Shown: positions 51,901-64,000 of the stretch, piece after piece
Layout: every line of letters begins with the position of its first letter
Numbering within the stretch: the first letter of the stretch is position 1
Virus record (IMG/VR): IMGVR_UViG_3300029305_002733
Coordinates: 1 to 64,000 of that record
Source: a virus
Taxonomy: Duplodnaviria > Caudoviricetes
DNA: 64,000 nt
Reading direction: 5' to 3' (one strand)
The notes under the pieces: model-generated
Seen by the model: only the letters and a program-made list of their open reading frames with translations
What the model was told of the DNA's origin: nothing
Databases searched by the model: none
Program-made: the position numbers and the translations under genes

Positions 51901-54900
51901 GAAATGTGACCGCAAATTCATATTCTTTCATAATTACCTCCTAGTCAACATCTACAATATAAAATTCTGTTGTATCTTCATCAGCCCAAGTAATAAGAGC
52001 AATATCTTCTTCACACCAACAGTTTTCTTCATCCAACGGATCGTCTATTTCTCCATTTAAATTATCAGCAATAATATCGTTATAAAAATCTTCCCACGCT
52101 TTTCTTAAAGCATCTTCAGATGTTTCATTTTCTTTCACTCTAATAACTTCAGGCATTGCTTCACCCATTTCCATATCATGATACTTTTTGTAAATCAAAA
52201 TTACTTTCATAATCCTCTACCTCCTAATCAAATGTGAGTTTGATTTAGTTGCTATCTAATACTCAACTCATCTTCGAAAACATCATTTTCAGTTCCATCA
52301 TTAAATCTGCACTTGTACATATATCCAACATCGTCAATATCACATTCCAAGTTTGTTAACGGTCTGATGATTTCAACTTCTGTTCCGTTGTACTGTAATA
52401 AATCTGTATCTGTTGTAGTAAATATAAATTTCATTCCGTTTTCTAACATAATAATTACCTGCCTTTCATCAAATACGAGTTTGATTAACACCAACTAAAC
52501 GGTTTCTGTTGTCCATTTGCTACATAATCTTCATTGCTTGTCTTACAAATATGTAACCAATCATTAACCATTGCTTCGGCGGATTCATATTCATAATGTC
52601 TAAGTTCTCCATCTGCTGTTTCTCTTTCAATATTCTTACCGAAGAACTTGTAATACTTCTGATGCCAGTCTTGATAATAACCATTGTTAATTACAATGTT
52701 ACCTTTCTTGTTCCATGCAAATCCATAACCATAAAAGCTACAGATTTCTGCCATCTGTTCTTCTGTTTCGCTCCACTGCTTACCGGTTTCTCTTTCATAA
52801 TCTTCTCTTACATCTAAATCAATAATGCTATCCATATTCATTCTCCTTTCATGGACAAAATTCCGATTTGATTTACTTTACTACCTTTACATTCTTCCCT
52901 AATACCTTACAAATCTCTTCTACGGTCATTTCAACTGTATCATTGTTTTGATTATCCCTATCATAAATCAGCTCTGCAAATCTATCAGTCCATGAAAACT
53001 CTTCATTCTCTAACATTGATGCTAAATTTGTCATATGCTTTTGTGTCCAAATTTTCATAACATCGTACTTGGAGCAATACTTATTTATTGCACTATCTGT
53101 CTGTAACGTATGTTCGTCTTGATAGTCAGTTGAATAAGTTAAATTCTCATTATAACTACTCAAACACATGTGCCCCAAATAACCAATTAAATAACCATCA
53201 ACAACAAGGTATTTAACGCCACTTCTTAACTCCACAATCATTCCACTTTTTAAAATACTTTTCATACTAATTCCTCCTAATCAAATCCCAATTTGACTGC
53301 CACTTAAATGTGACAGTCAACAGCAGTTACAACAACATCTTCTTCTAAACTGCTAATGAAGTTTTTAAATTCTATTTCCCAACTATCTTTATCTTTTTCA
53401 TTGGACACGCAAGCCCACCATCCCATTTCGCCACGCTCATGCCATCTTCCATCAGGTGAAATAAATGCAAATGGTACAGTTTCTGTCCAATCAATTTCTG
53501 AAGCATAATCTTCATTTGTGGGTTCTCCAGAAAGTGTCTTAAGATAACCATTCCATCTTCCACCAATTGAATACCAATCCCATTTTGAATTTGGGTTATA
53601 TGTAGAATAAAGATTACCTTCTTCATCCTTATCATCGTCTTCATACCAACTAGCTACATCTTCATAACACTCATCATCTGTCCAATTCATCTTCTTTGGG
53701 AATTCTTCACGAAGATAGTGCAAATGTTTTTCATTAGAACAATCTTCTGCATACTTTTCCGGGTTCTCTAAATACCTTGCATAAGTTCCATTCTTGTATT
53801 CTTCGATTTCCTTTCTGGTTTTTGCAATTGCCTGTTCTCTCGTGTACTTAATATATGGTGCAACTACAATATTCTCATCATAAGGTGCGAGTAATTCCTC
53901 AACTGTTCTTCCTTCTTCTTTTGTAAATACTAAAGTAATAAAATGTGACATAATTCATTCTCCTTTCATCTAATCAAATCTTGCTTTGGTTAACACCAAA
54001 TCCCTAATCTGTACATTAAATCATACAGACCATGGTAAAAATCTGTTTCATGATATTCACTATCTTCATCACAAACGCTTTCTAAAACATCATCTGCTTT
54101 AGTTAATGCGTTAACTAATTCTCTTTTCTGTTCCTCAGATAATCTGTTTACCAATTCTTCCATATCAACGCCTCCTTATAGAATCATTATTCTATTCATC
54201 CTCATTTGGCCAGTATCCAAGTAAATTTGCATTCAGTTCAATCATCTCAATCTGCTCATAATTCTCTTCATAATCAAGATTAAATTTATCCATAAGCCGA
54301 TTCCAATTGTAACCAGTAACATCACTCTTATAAATTTCAATACTCTGTGTTGACGCATTTGGAACATGTAAGTAATTGATAATGTATGGTAAGAAATCAT
54401 CAATCTGATTTGTTTCATTACAAATCTTAACTGCTGTTCTTATCAATGCCTGAACAAATGCATCAGACATGAATGCACTACCAGTAACTTCCTTAATCTC
54501 CTCTTCAGTAATCTCTTTTACATTTTCCCAACCCTTATCCATGATGTATGTAACCACTGTCATTGCTACATGTTCATCAAAGTACTTCCGAATAATATCT
54601 CTTACGTTGTCTCCTGCTAATTTCATATCTTTTTCCTCCTCTTAGCTCACTCTTTTCTGTGGCTCAATTCCATGTTCCCAACAAATCCTATCTATCTCTT
54701 CATTTGTGAGAATTTTTAGTACCTTAATGGCTCCGGCTATTATCCAGTCTTCATACATAAGTGGACTGGTTTTATATCTGTAATAACCATTCACTGGAAT
54801 TTCTTTTAAGTAACTCTTTACCGGAATTACCTTGCCATCCTTATTAGTTCCATTCTTATTAGCGACAGGTTGATAATCAACCTCATCACTATATTCAACC

Positions 54901-56063
54901 TCACACCATACAGTGTCTGGTTTCATCAGTAAGTTGCCCTCTCCATCCTTCTGTCCAATGTGAGCAGCATAAGGAATATCTGCCAAGTGAAACCCTGGCC
55001 TGAAGCATAACTGGCCAAGTTTTGATTTAACCTTTCCATTATCTAACAACTCACCAGTCTCAGCTTCGATCCATTCGCCCATTGGAATTTCCTTATCTGC
55101 AAGTATGTACAATGGATAAAGCTTTCCGCTTTTAATTTTGAATAGTTTATAAGCTGTTTTCATGGTTCCTCCTTAAATCATCTTGTAAACTGCTTTCATA
55201 ATGTCATTGATAATAGATACACCACTATCACCTTCAACACTCTGGTATGTAGCGAAGATATCACTTTGCTTACCCCAGCTTAACTGAACTTCTTCACGAG
55301 GATCATCACGCTTATTTAGCTCTCTGTCAGATTCATGGAATGTAATGCTAATTATTTGTCTTTTTCCATATTCATCCGGTTCTGTATAAGTCCGTTCTGC
55401 CCAACCATACTTAATATTGATACCCTCACAAGCTCTTGTTGTTCTTAACAATGCTTCTAAATCCTTAATAATCTGTAATCTGTTTTCCATAGTTAATCCT
55501 CCTTATTGCAACGCAGCAAAGTTTTTTGAAGCCACTCTAAATCCGTTTTCTTTCAATAACTTTATTGCCTTTTCAGTATCTCTTTTTACTTTATTATTAT
55601 GACTGTCAATTAACTTGTGCATTTTGTCATAATCTTCAGATTCATAATATGCATGCTTAAATTCAAATCGTAATTTTGCAGTTTCTTTCGCATGTTCTAA
55701 ACCTTTATTAGTCCATACTTGTGAGAAGTGATAGTAAGCCGGGTCTTTTACTAAGAAAACATAACATTTATCTTCAATTGGCTTTAAAATATCTCTTACT
55801 GATTTTGCAAAATCACTATCATAAGATGCAATTTTATGTAATTCACTATAAGAATTTATATAATCAACATCTATATTTTCAGAAAATATCAAATATCCAA
55901 TTCTGTTTGCCCATGTAAATCCTTTATTAAAATAGCTTCCGCCGCTATCACACTCTGTAAATACACACCAACCATTTTCTTTAATTGCTTTTGCCTGGTC
56001 GTTATTTAATTCTGATATTGACATATACTTAATCATAATTTTTCCTCCATTTCTGTGAACCAA
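48980..56063 (-). CDS. long array of acidic small hypothetical ORFs, including conserved phage protein 53304-53951 and 54642-55163
   Basis: About 17 co-oriented SD-led ORFs; YNPNSKWDWYSIGGRW..DCHI and YKLF..LYPL..FRPGFH patterns. Confidence 0.7.
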
Positions 56064-56072
56064 ACTTTCATT

Positions 56073-56528
56073 TTATTCACCCTCTCTCTTTAACAACTCA
56101 AGCATATCTATTCTGTACTGCTCGATCTGTTCTGCTGTTATCCATTCAGGCTTATCCTCATTGGAAAATGATTCATATAACTTCTTCATTTCGTCACAAT
56201 GTTTGTTCACTTCCTTAAAGTACAGATGTCCTTCATAGCCATTTCCGTATCCTAAGAAATACTTACAATCACTCTGATATCTACTAAGCATCATGTAATC
56301 AAATTCTCTTACATGTCTCACAAACGGCTCATCACATTCAACCGGTTCCTCAATATGTCTATTCGGTTCGCCACAAATATCTCCATCTTCCGGATGTCTG
56401 TAAGCACCTGTATGAAGATATAAACCACCTCTACCATCATTCAAATCGAAATAAATCTTTCCGTTTTCATCTTCGTAACAAGGATATTCCATATATCCAC
56501 CGCCAAAACCTATATACTTAACCTTCAT
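56073..56528 (-). CDS. LPD11 (large polyvalent protein domain 11)-containing protein
   Basis: DYMMLSRYQSDCKYFLGYG..MKKLYESF..KPEWIT matches the LPD11 pattern as recalled; start at MKVKYIG. Confidence 0.7.
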   Translation of the reverse strand: MKVKYIGFGGGYMEYPCYEDENGKIYFDLNDGRGGLYLHTGAYRHPEDGDICGEPNRHIEEPVECDEPFVRHVREFDYMMLSRYQSDCKYFLGYGNGYEGHLYFKEVNKHCDEMKKLYESFSNEDKPEWITAEQIEQYRIDMLELLKREGE

Positions 56529-56529
56529 C

Positions 56530-59500
56530 TTAATATTCCTCCTTATAAAATCTGATTGTACGTTCCTTTTCAGCTTCATAATCTTCTCTGTTACTATAAG
56601 GACATAATGTGATATCTCCTTCACAATATGTAAATACTGCCATCTGCTCATCAGAGTAAGCATAAGAAGAATAACCATCAATCTGATGTAATACAAAGTC
56701 ACACTTGGCAGCGAACGCATAACACAAATCATCCAACCAATGACCACTTAACATATAATCGCCTTCTCTGTTTGTGGTTTCCTCGGTGAAATTAATGTTT
56801 ACAATTCTCTGTGTGGTTTCATTCAAGTGATAAGCAGAGAAATCAATCGGTAAAATCTCATATTCATCATCCTTTGGGATTCTTCCAGTTTCTCTAATCA
56901 TGTTATAATAATCATTCCGTTTAATTTTCTGTGCTGCCATCTTATTTACCTCCATGTAATCTAAACCATAATGCACCCTGCATAAACTGTATCAAGCCTT
57001 CTACACTCTGCGAATGACAAATCATATCTTCCATCATGTGCTTCGTGTTTGCTTTGTAGATGTAATATCCGTCGCTTCCCTTATAGAAATCAACTGGTGT
57101 TACACAATTTTCAAAACCAATTAAAGCACCCTTACCATAAGAATCTGTGCTAATCTTCTCTCTAATCTTATCTGCCATAATTATCTCTCCTTTATCTCTG
57201 CTAACATATTGTCAATGCACAACATTAAGTTCTCTTCCATGTTTTCCTTAGCCATTTCTAAATGCTCTTTAATCTGCTGACGAATTTCTTTCTTAGTTAC
57301 GTTATGTCCGTAGTTTGCAACCACTTCATCAATGATTTCCTTGTAGGTAAATCCAAGAAGTAAATCATCATTCATATGAATTGGCAAATCATAAGTAAAT
57401 TCCTTACCATTTCTTTCATCTATTTCCGGGTCATACATCCATCTACTCATACTCTAACCGCCTTTCTATTTTCATATCTCTCTTGCATTCTGTTTAAGAA
57501 CTCTTGATATTCCTCTGTAAATTCTATTTTCTTTCCTGTCTCAAAAACATAATTCTTATTACGTCCATATATCCAACACTTGTCTATTGGATTCCAACTC
57601 ATATAACAATGCCAATACCAATTTGAAAGACATATAATCAAGCTCTGTCTCTGTGTGCATGTCAATCTTTTTATTCCTGAGAAGTCGCTTCCCATATACA
57701 TTTCTTTAGGAATGACACCATTATGGTGATCCTCAATCAAAAGGTTTTGCATTTCTGGAGTTATAATGTTATGCCAAAAGTTATCATCTTTATCTCTATT
57801 GCCTTGTTTGTCTTCAAGCCAACTATGATATACATCTCCATCAATTGCCCAAACTCTCATACTTTGATTACAAACCTCATACTTACCTAAGATTTCCATC
57901 TTATTTTCCGCCTTTCGTTTTAATTATGTTTAGTTTCGTGACTAAACCAAATTTAAGATTTATTACCTATGCTGCTTCAATTCTTTTTAACAAGTCGTCT
58001 GTTTCTAACTCATAAAATTCGCCAATGCTATCTTGTTTTTCTGTATCATATACATCATACCCTTCTCTAAATAGGTTTATATCTGCTACATATCTATCAT
58101 TTATGTCTTTCATTTGTGTCATGGATTCCAAGTAGAATAAATCATCAAAATGATCAAACTTGACTGCAAAATAATCTGAATAACCACCACGAATATCACC
58201 GAAAAGATGAACCATGAATAACATTACTCCACAATTCTTTTTGTAATTCATGTTCAAGTCATTACAAATATTCGCTCCCCAATTATATGTATTATCTCCC
58301 TCGGAATCTTCTCTGAATTTTTCAATCCATTCGTCAGATACATTAATTTCGTATTCTTTCAATTCTTCAAGAAGTGGAAGAATATCCCCACAGATAACAT
58401 CATTTCTAATATTCCCATCGTCATCAAAAATCCAAGCTCTATGATTTTTATCTACCAAACGAATGGATTTCACTTGTTCAATTACTCTATCTAATCTACT
58501 CATTTGCGTTCCCTCCGTTTCTTATCTGTTCCGCCTACATCTTCAGGCTTAATCTTACATCCGTACTTTGCAGATACTAGACCGGCTATATCTGCCTTTG
58601 TAAGTCTGACATGTAATTCTCTTTTTGTGTTCGTTCCATACAACGTCATGTTATATCCTCCTTTTAATTAAGTGCAGTTAGGCTATGGCTTCTAAACTAT
58701 CAAACACCTTGTCAAAACCTGCTTCTAATGCAATTTCTTCAATCAAATCATCGCCCCATTTACTAGAATAGAATCCCCAACAAGAATCCGTGTTTTCATT
58801 CCACTCATCATCTTCTGCGTCAATAAGCTCATCAATGATATAACCATAACATTCTCCCTGTAGATACATGTCATATTCTTTGACTTCGCTTTTAAGCCAC
58901 TTGTAAGCAGCATCTTTCCAATTCTTATCAGTAACTTTAATCCAATTACCTTTCTTTGATTGTATTTTCCCACCACACTTAAAAATTTCTTCTTTTGTGG
59001 TATAAATCCAACCGGCCTGACCACTATCCCATGGACATGAAAAACCACCAATATTCATTGTAATTCCACTATGTTCATAGATATATAATGGCAAACTATA
59101 AAACCCTTCGCTCTCAAGCAACTTCCATTTATCCTCAAAGTTCATAGCATCAATGATATCATCAACAAGATAGTCAATTGGATAGTTACTTTCAATTACA
59201 CCATGATGTACTTCGTTACCAGTCCACCAATATCTATAATAACCCCAAAGTTCCCATAAGTTTTCGCTTCGGTTATACTTCAGTTCTAATCCATTAGATG
59301 TCTTACCGGACTTCACAAAGTTAATAATTTTCTTTTCGGAAACGTGATATCTTACCAAGTGATTCAAGAAATCTTCAGGCTCCTTAAATTCATTTTTATC
59401 TCCAAGATCATATCTATTCCACCAACACATCATGTGACCAATATTACCATCCCAATCAACTCTAGGATTAAGTGGCTCACTATCTTGTTCGACGTGGATT

Positions 59501-62500
59501 CTATAAATTTTACCTTGATAATCCTTTGCGTATTTATATTCTCTCATCTCAACAACCTCCTGCTGTACACATAAAATCATCCGGTACAAATGTAATATCT
59601 TTAAACAGTTTCTTAATAAGCTCGTTGGATATCTCATCCGGAGCTTCTGCAACTTCACTCATATAAGGATATCTTCCTTCGCTATGAGCTAAAGCACATA
59701 CATAATTTACTTTTAATTCATCAAGCTGATCCTGATTTAAATCGTTTACGCTCATGTTGACCTCCTATAATGGCTTTAACTTTACCTGTCCTTTGTATAT
59801 GGACAATCTACTTGTTACATACATATCCTGTGAAAAGTCATAATCATAAACATGCCAGATTTCATCATCATTTTCGAGTCTGAATTTCACATCATTCATA
59901 ATCTTACAAATCTTATTTGCACTTGAATCAGGAACAAAGAATGCATTCTGTTTAGAGTGAAAGAATTCCGTTCCCTTTCGTGTCTTAGCTATCAGTTTCA
60001 TTTAATCACTCCTTTCAGTGAATAGAAGTAGAATTTTATTACCAGTCTTCTTCATCTTCGTCCGGTTTGCTAAACCAATCTGTTTCTTTAAGTTTCTTTG
60101 ATTTATATAAAGACTTTCTCGAAACATCAACTTTTTTCAAATGACTCTGTTCAATTGCACCAACTGTAAAATGATAATCATTGTACTGTACAGTTGCCTG
60201 ATACACTGGATATGCAAAAGTATCCCAACCACAACTAATATATTCGTAGTCTGTATCTGTATCACTAGCAAAGTCTAAAGCCATTGCTCTGACTTTCTCT
60301 TTCATTTGTTCTTCTGTTCCGTTGAATGTGTGTAAATCCAATCCATCAGAATCAGTTGCGATTCCGTAAATGTAATACTTCATAACCATTTTCCTCCTAA
60401 CCAAATGAAACTTTTATTCATAATACTCTGTTTCAAATTCAAAACGAATTTCATAATCATTTTCGCCATCGTAAAGTTCACATATGCCAATACAATCACT
60501 AAAAGTATCCTCATTGCATAATTTCAAATTCTCTTCACTATCATTTACCGGATAAATACCAACTATAAATTCTGTTCCCATTTGTAGCAGCTCGGCTATT
60601 CTCTTAATAGGGAACATCTCATCAACTTCTTCTTCGGATAAATCGTACAAGTCAATTTCACTTCCATTTGTATTGTTATATAAAACCCACGGAATTAAAT
60701 CACCCTTACATCGACAATCTAAACTGTTTGGATCATAGTCAATGTCTCCATGAATGTCTAATGTCAATTCAAAGTTTTGTCTATCTTCCACATAAGATAC
60801 CTTTAACCAGTCGGGTGTATATCCTATATTGTTTTTACTTTTTGCGTTTAGATATAATCTCATATCTCTTACCTCCGTTTAATCAAATATAATTTCTATT
60901 TCCATCCATTGTCCTTTTTCATTTCCTCTGCATACTGCATAAGTGCTTCAACCACTTCTGCAACGTTTGTGTCATTGTCGTCTGCAATCTTTTCAAGTTC
61001 CTTTGCTTCAATGTCATATACAGTAATATTTGTCATATGTTATACCTCCGTTTCTTTAACCGGAATCAACTTTCCGCTGTCAATCAACTCATTCAAGCGT
61101 TTTTCACTTATATACTCTTCGATTGAGAACAACGTAGAATTGTCATTTCCATAACCAGTTCCTTCAACGGTAATAATAAATTTCTGTCCCTTTTCAATTT
61201 TCATAATTCTATACCTCCTAATAAAATGCGGGTTCTATTTGCTCATTTCGTAACACATTGCTTCAAAATATTTCCCAACTTCATCAAATTTTTCCTTGTT
61301 AATATTCCAAGGCATAACAATCATAACTATTGAATCGGTTGAGCCATCACTCCACTTCTCTGTTTCTTCTCCAAGGATAACATCGTACTCTGGATACTTA
61401 TTTGAGCAATCAACGGCTTTTTCTTTGGCAATCTGAATAAGGTTCTCATACGTCATTTCTAAATCTTCTGCATATCCCTTATCATATCCTGCCTCAAAAG
61501 CAATCCCGTATCTGCCATTAAACTCTACGAGATAGCATCTAAGACCGTAAACGCCCTCACACCACAGCTCGTTATATGCATGTTGCAATTCCTTCGGCAA
61601 ATCCTCAACCTTATCGATGTCGTACTCCCCGTTGTGGTGTAAGTCTCCACAACTATTACTCCAGTATAAAAAGTTTCCGCCTAACTCATTTTTAAATTCA
61701 TATAACATATCTTTTTCCTCCTAATAAAATGTTGGTTTGGTCTTACCATCCATTAGAATCAAAACCATAATTGTTATTGATATCAAAATCTTTATGCATA
61801 ATGATTTCACTTTCCTCAATATGCAATTCTCCTGCCCATAACTCTGTATACGGCTTATCATAAACATGAGGATTACTATACTTTTCTACATAAGCTTCCG
61901 CATCTACTTTACTTTCGAAGATTGCTACCAAATCGGTACAACTAACTGCATCTCCGAATCCACCATCTACATCATAATTGTGAAATACACTATAAGTTTT
62001 CATTTTCTCTTTCCTCCAATCAAATAAGGTTTTTATAATCCTTTTTTCTGTTGCTTTCTCAACTGTTCAATACTTGATACACATAAATAATTAAGTCCTT
62101 TTGCTTTAAGTTCCGCATTGAGAGTGTCAATGTTTTTAAATTCAGAAAACTTGATACACATTTCGCATCGTTTACTTCCGGTTCTCCATCGTGTACAGTT
62201 ATAACATCCTACCTCGTCAGGCTTTAAATGCTCCCTTCCTTTTACCATCGCTATTCCTCCTATACAATCAAACAATGTTTTGATCATCTAGTCACTAAAC
62301 GCATATCTATAACCATGTACCATGTTTACTAGTGTTCTCACGCCGACAAACGCTTCCATACTTTCATATATTGGAACACGTCTATCTATATAATCTCCGT
62401 TCTCAAATATGTTCCATACAGATGTTCTCTTTACAAGAACACTATGCTTCAATGAATCGGCATTTTTGTAATAATACTCCTTTCCAGTTTCTATCATTTC

Positions 62501-63693
62501 ACTTCCTCCTATATAAAATCACTTATACTCATTCCGGGCGCATCCCATGGATTACTCGGTGAATAATCTCCATTGGTTGATGACGAACAATATTCATCTT
62601 CATCAAAACCTTCATAAAAATTAAACCAGTCCCACGCTTCCGTTTCACTATCACATTGCCAGTCAAAATCTTCAGTTTCCGGTAGATAAACATCTTTATC
62701 CCCAAAAACAAATACATATTCTTCATTCTCTGTATCAAAATACATGGTATAATCAGTATAAAATCCGTCTGCATCTTGTACTGATTTACTTGCTTTCTCA
62801 ATAAATCTCATTTCTATTACCTCCTTTAGTTTAGTTACTAAACTAATAATCATATCCTTCATCATACCAATATTTTGGGTCTCTTAATGATTGCCCAAAT
62901 GCGTTATACCATTGTCCACAATCACACATTTGGTCGCCTTCTAAATAGATCTCTCTTCCACAACTACACTTTGCCAATGCTGGTTCTGTATAGTTCCAAC
63001 TACGTTCTTCTACACCTCTATCCTCATACTTCTCAGGATGTGCAAGACAATACTCATAATTCTTTCCCCAACACTCATAACTCTCATCTTTAATAAGAGT
63101 TCCGTCTGCTTCACATGGGAAAGAATATCCGTTGCCTGGATAATCTCCAATTAATTGGAATTCCCTTCTATACTCTACATGCCGTTTGCGTTCACGCTCA
63201 GATATAATCTTTACAATATGACTCATTTCTATTACCTCCACTTTTAATTATGCCTAGTTTAGCAACTAAATTCTTCAATTTTGGCACATAATTCTACGAA
63301 TGCGTACTTAATATACTTATTATCATTCGCAGATAGTTCTCCAAGTAATCTATTTACCGTTACCTTCCTATATTCTTCATCATCATACCCATCTGATATA
63401 CAATCGAATATTCGATTCGCTAACTTTGGATCGTCCGTGAAAACAAGCTCTTTCGTGATTTGAGTCCACCAATATTTAGCATCCTCATTATCTGGCTCAT
63501 ACGCAAAATCTTCCATAAGATTCTCACATAAGGTTTTAATATTACTTGCTACTCTTCCATTTACTTTTGACCATTGCATATCTGCATAATAATCATATGC
63601 ATATCCGGCTACCTCTTTGGAAGTGAAATTCCGTTTGTTCCACTTTTCATTTGCATAGCATGCAATGTCATAAAAATCTCGATACTCTAACAT
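56530..63693 (-). CDS. array of hypothetical ORFs, including conserved proteins 57967-58503 and 58678-~59548
   Basis: NTYNW..VHLFGDIRGGYS; LPLYIYEHSGITM..WDSGQAGWIY..YLQGECYG; co-oriented with SDs. Confidence 0.7.
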
Positions 63694-63843
63694 ATCTTTC
63701 CCACCATCCTTTCTCTGCTATTAAAGCATACATGAACACCTATATTTGAAAGGCGGTGTGAGTCTGAGTTTCAACTCACTACATAGATGCTCATGTATGC
63801 TCACGAACTTTCGCTCGTAAGCATTTTAATTTAATCTAGTTAC

Positions 63844-63873
63844 ACTCTAGCATTAATGTTTTCGCTTTGTCAA
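63844..63873 (-). promoter_or_regulatory. promoter TTGACA-18-TAGAGT heading the ~18-kb early operon, with motifs at 63825 and 63885
   Basis: tgtcaa 63868-63873, actcta 63844-63849. Confidence 0.6.
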
Positions 63874-64000
63874 TAACTATTTTATTTTATTTTACGCAGT
63901 TTAGGCAATCTTCGCAAGTACTGCCTGTAAATATCCTCCGTTATATGTACGTGTAATTCCTAACTCTTCACATACCCAATCTTCTACATACATCAGTAAA

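Larger units (their letters stand above)
2263..62037. repeat. dispersed 20-bp 7-6-7 inverted-repeat family (+ strand consensus AATCAAA-N6-TTTTATT; arms vary: AATAAAA, AACCAAA, TTTGATT, TTCTATT, TTTGGTT)
   Basis: Copies start at 2263, 2480, 3082, 3344, 3882, 4173, 5222, 5739, 6247, 6947, 7477, 7775, 8558, 8863, 10108, 10503, 10929, 11289, 13734, 14166, 27175, 28799, 32576, 34519, 36469, 45933, 46003, 46807, 48024, 48452, 48750, 51174, 51596, 52226, 52467, 52854, 53279, 53972, 54177, 56058, 57945, 60021, 60399, 60881, 61220, 61723, 62018; weaker copies at 4881, 8312, 47608. Spacer is 6 nt in all but the weak 8312 copy. Confidence 0.85.
78..63901 (-). promoter_or_regulatory. dispersed oriented 17-bp operator-like motif (+ strand TTTAATTWTRYSTAGTT; minus strand e.g. 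AACTAGATATAATTAAA)
   Basis: Copies at 78, 147, 358, 10083, 11565, 13761, 13903, 27193, 32594, 32933, 33031, 33125, 40398, 40747, 43049, 45103, 57919, 58663, 63243, 63825, 63885; all in the same orientation, many next to TTGACA promoters. Confidence 0.8.

Noticed and set aside
1508-63463. Numerous plus-strand and alternative-frame ORFs in the six-frame track
   Set aside because: They are antisense or overlapping shadows of well-supported minus-strand genes, lack SDs and have atypical composition; only 4939-5223 and 34158-34478 are supported on the plus strand.
78-63901. 17-bp motif read as a LexA SOS box or Xer dif site
   Set aside because: It lacks GAAC-N4-GTTC; only a TTATG half resembles a XerD arm, and there is no two-arm 28-bp dif structure.
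1-64000. CRISPR array, reverse transcriptase/DGR, retron, structural or packaging genes
   Set aside because: No regularly spaced direct repeats, YxDD RT motif, terminase, capsid or tail signatures were seen.
1-64000. Stop-codon reassignment
   Set aside because: All large core genes are intact under the standard bacterial code, TAA/TAG/TGA all appear as gene ends, and there is no suppressor tRNA.

Overview
This is an AT-rich 64-kb segment of a large SPbeta-like temperate phage or prophage, most likely from a Clostridia/Lachnospiraceae-type host (inferred from gene content and Firmicute SD/promoter style). Almost all genes lie on the minus strand and no virion genes are present. Core modules: (1) an SPbeta yorF-yorL-like replication block (putative SSB, AAA/Sak4-like ATPase, DnaB helicase, primase, RecJ, DnaE) followed by RecD2; (2) a yopP/yopQ/yopR(mrpR)-like trio (intact tyrosine recombinase, DGQHR-like protein, catalytically dead recombinase-fold protein); (3) a LigA-NadR-PnuC operon; (4) RNA repair genes (Rnl2-type ligase, Pnk-HD, HAD) around three tRNAs, two defective tRNA-like elements and a candidate structured ncRNA; (5) a solo TnpB; (6) two full-length methyl-accepting chemotaxis receptors. 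Long arrays of small hypothetical ORFs occupy about 1-14 kb, 34.5-36.4 kb and 46-63.7 kb. The most striking unexplained structure is two repeated DNA motifs. The first is a 20-bp 7-6-7 inverted repeat (+ strand AATCAAA-N6-TTTTATT), about 45-50 copies by manual count. It typically sits between one accessory gene's stop codon and the next gene's Shine-Dalgarno, and was not seen inside the replication block. This suggests an integron-like gene-cassette system, possibly served by the resident tyrosine recombinase. The second is an oriented 17-bp motif (TTTAATTWTRYSTAGTT), about 20 copies, that flanks or overlaps sigmaA promoters and is a candidate operator for the MrpR-like protein. All family calls come from motif recognition by eye; no database searches were run.
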